DNA from: Nemertoderma westbladi | Taxonomy: Eukaryota; Animalia; Xenacoelomorpha | DNA length: 64,000 nt | Assembly (NCBI GenBank): GCA_032718475.1 | Contig: JAUCBJ010003650.1 | Location: forward strand, 1 to 64,000 | Reading direction: 5' to 3' | Shown here: positions 61,491 through 64,000 of the stretch, in pieces | How the letters are laid out: every line of letters starts with the position of its first letter | Numbering within the stretch: position 1 is the stretch's first letter | Made by a program: the position numbers and the translations under genes | The notes under the pieces: model-generated | The model's database searches: none | Seen by the model: the letters and a program-made list of their open reading frames with translations, nothing else | Told to the model about the DNA's origin: nothing

Positions 61491-61811
61491 TTACTGCACC
61501 CATCCAGAACCTTCCTCCTTCATGTAGTCTGAGAAACGCTGAATTTTTCTAGGATTCTCAGAGTATTGGAAGACAATGTCATCGTCTGGTTTGTAAGTAA
61601 AGTCTACAGGTGGGCTGGTCTCCACGTGTCCGTCTGTCAGTCTGTACAGCTCTACCTGCACTGTGATTGGCTGTGTTATACGTCGCAATGTGTAGGCTGG
61701 AGTACGGAACACTATACCGTACTGTCGGTGTACGTCTGTGGGTTGGAATTTACCCCAGCCAATCAAAGCGTCCTGTTCGCGAAAGCGTATATATATGGAA
61801 TCCTTTTGAAC
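61491..61811 (-). CDS. NFKB-like: NF-kB/Rel family transcription factor: exon encoding the IPT/dimerisation domain and NLS-like segment; upstream exons lie beyond the window
   Basis: Acceptor TTTATTTAG| then VQKDSIYIRFREQDALIGWGKFQPTDVHRQYGIVFRTPAY...VQVELYRLTDGHVETSPPVDFTYKP...PRKIQRFSD. Compare p50 VQKDDIQIRFYEE...[25 protein letters not shown]...LRRKSDLETSEPKPFLYYP...RKRQK. Confidence 0.93.
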   Translation of the reverse strand, partial: VQKDSIYIRFREQDALIGWGKFQPTDVHRQYGIVFRTPAYTLRRITQPITVQVELYRLTDGHVETSPPVDFTYKPDDDIVFQYSENPRKIQRFSDYMKEEGSGWVQ

Positions 61812-61872
61812 CTAAATAAAATGAAAAGTTTACTTAAATGAAACCCAACAATACCTATTAATTATAAACTTA

Positions 61873-64000
61873 GTATGGAGTGAGTATGTAGATGTATGGA
61901 GTGAGTATGTATGGAGAGAGTATGTATGGAGAGAGTATGTATGGAGTGAGTATGTATGGAGTGAGTATGTATGGAGTGAGTATGTATGGAGTGAGTATGT
62001 ATGGAGTAAGTATGTATGGAGTAAGTATGTATGGTGTGAGAATGTATGGAGTGAGTACGTATGGAGTGAGTATGTATGGAGTGAGTATGTATGGAGTGAG
62101 TATGTATGGAGTGAGTATGTATGGAGTGAGTATGTATGGAGTGAGTATGTATGGAGTGAGTATGTATGGAGTAAGTATGTATGGAGTAAGTATGTATGGT
62201 GTGAGAATGTATGGAGTGAGTACGTATGGAGTGAGTATGTATGGAGTGAGTATGTATGGAGTGAGTATGTATGGAGTGAGTATGTATGGAGTGAGTATGT
62301 ATGGAGTGAGTATGTATGGAGTGAGTATGTATGGAGTGAGTATGTATGGAGTGAGTATGTATGGAGTGAGTATGTATGGAGTGAGTATGTATGGAGTGTG
62401 TATGTATGGAGTGAGTATGTATGGAGTGAGTATGTATGGAGTGAGTATGTATGGAGTGAGTATGTATGGAGTGAGTATGTATGGATTGAGTATGTATGGA
62501 GTGAGTATGTATGGAGTGAGTATGTATGGAGTGAGTGTGTATGGAGTGAGTATGTATGGAGTGGGTATGTATGGAGTGAGTATGTATGGAGAGAGTATGT
62601 ATGGATTGAGTATGTATGGAGATAGTATGTATGGAGATAGTATGTATGGGGAGAGTATGTATGGATTGAGTATGTATGGAGTGAGTATATACTATGTATG
62701 GAGTAAGTATGTATGGAGTGAGTATATACTATGTATGGAGTGAGTATGTATGGAGTGAGTATGTATGGAGGGAGATAGTATGTATGGAGAGAGTATGTAT
62801 GGAGAGAGTATGTATGGAGTGAGTATGTATGGAGAGAGTATGTATGGAGTGAGTATATACTATGTATGGAGTGAGTATGTATGGAGTGAGTATGTATGGA
62901 GATAGTATGTATGGAGAGATATGTATGGAGAGAGTATGTATGGAGTGAGTATGTATGGAGTGAGTATGTATGGAGTGAGTATGTATGGAGTGAGTATGTA
63001 TGGAGAGAGTATGTATGGAGAGAGTATGTATGGAGTGAGTATGTATGGAGTGAGTATGTATGGAGTGAGTATGTATGAAGTGAGTATATAGGGAGTGAGT
63101 ATGTATGGAGTGAGTATGTATGGAGTGAGTATGTATGGAGTGAGTATGTATGGAGGGAGGATGTATGGAGTGAGTATGTATGGAGTGAGTATATACTATG
63201 TATGGAGTAAGTATGTATGGAGTGAGTATGTATGGAGTGAGTATGGAGTGAGTATGTATGGAGTGAGTAGGTATGGAGTGAGTATGTATGGAGTGAGTAT
63301 GTATGGAGTGAGTATGTATGGAGTGAGAATGTAAGGAGTGAGTATGTATGGAGTGAGTATGTATGGAGTGAGTATGTATGGAGTGAGTATGTATGGAGTG
63401 AGTATGTATGGAGTGAGTATGTATGGAGTGAGTAAGTATGGAGTGAGTATGTATGGAGTGAGTATGTATGGAGTGAGTATGTATGGAGTGAGTATGTATG
63501 GAGTGAGTATGTATGGAGTGAGTATGTATGGAGTGAGTATGTATGGAGTGAGTATGTATGGAGTGAGTATGTATGGAGTGAGTATGTATGGAGTGAGTAT
63601 GTATGGAGTGAGTATGTATGGAGTGAGTATGTATGGAGTGAGTATGTATGGAGTGAGTATGTATGGAGTGAGTATGTATGGAGTGAGTATGTATGGAGTG
63701 AGTATGTATGGAGAGAGTATGTATGAAGTGAGTATGTATGGAGAGAGTATGTATGGAGTGAGTATGTATGGAGTGAGTATGTATGGAGTGAGTATGTATG
63801 GAGTGAGTATGTATGGAGTGAGTATGTATGGAGTGAGTATGTATGGAGTGAGTATGTATGGAGTGAGTATGTATGGAGTGAGTATGTATGGAGTAAGTAT
63901 GTATGGAGTGAGTATGTATGAAATGAGTATGTATGGAGAGAGTATGTATGGAGTGAGTATGTATGGAGTGAGTATGTATCGAGTGAGTATGTATGTGTAA
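61873..64000. repeat. 15-bp tandem satellite (GTATGTATGGAGTGA)n in the NF-kB intron, more than 2.1 kb, continuing past the window
   Basis: Direct reading; recurring variant blocks (GTAAGT, GGTGTGAGAAT, GAGAGT, ATATACT insert) indicate higher-order duplication. Confidence 0.98.

Noticed and set aside
61892-64000. Long (MYGVS)n and (YVWSE)n ORFs
   Set aside because: By-products of a 15-bp satellite lacking stops in two frames; they lie antisense within an NF-kB intron.

Overview
Animal (invertebrate-type), AT-rich, repeat-dense genomic DNA; all homology calls are from visual motif recognition, and no searches were run. The dominant object is a complete but decayed 20,056-bp Polinton/Maverick (41419-61474) with AGTAGT...ACTACT termini, ~1-kb TIRs and a 6-bp TSD TACGAG. 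It carries pPolB, packaging ATPase, integrase with chromodomain, two pentons, a core protein, major capsid protein and an adenain protease. It also carries a TATA-binding-protein-like gene and PC4/Sub1-like genes, which would form a small self-encoded basal transcription module; this is the best candidate for an undescribed system. Its target site lies 10 bp past the stop codon of a host NF-kB/Rel exon on the same strand as the viral core genes. Host genes are an intronless PAT1, a two-exon Methuselah/adhesion-like GPCR, and a RecQ4 N-terminal (Sld2-like) ORF that stops before the helicase. The rest is nested mobile DNA: a gag-like ORF running off the left edge, two long-TIR Academ-like foldbacks rich in RFX X-box motifs and each with an RTE fragment at its centre, five RTE LINE fragments, other LINE remnants, two Helentron-associated (HINE-like) elements with 315-bp arrays, a piggyBac-type MITE with its empty site, several other MITEs and a 15-bp satellite.
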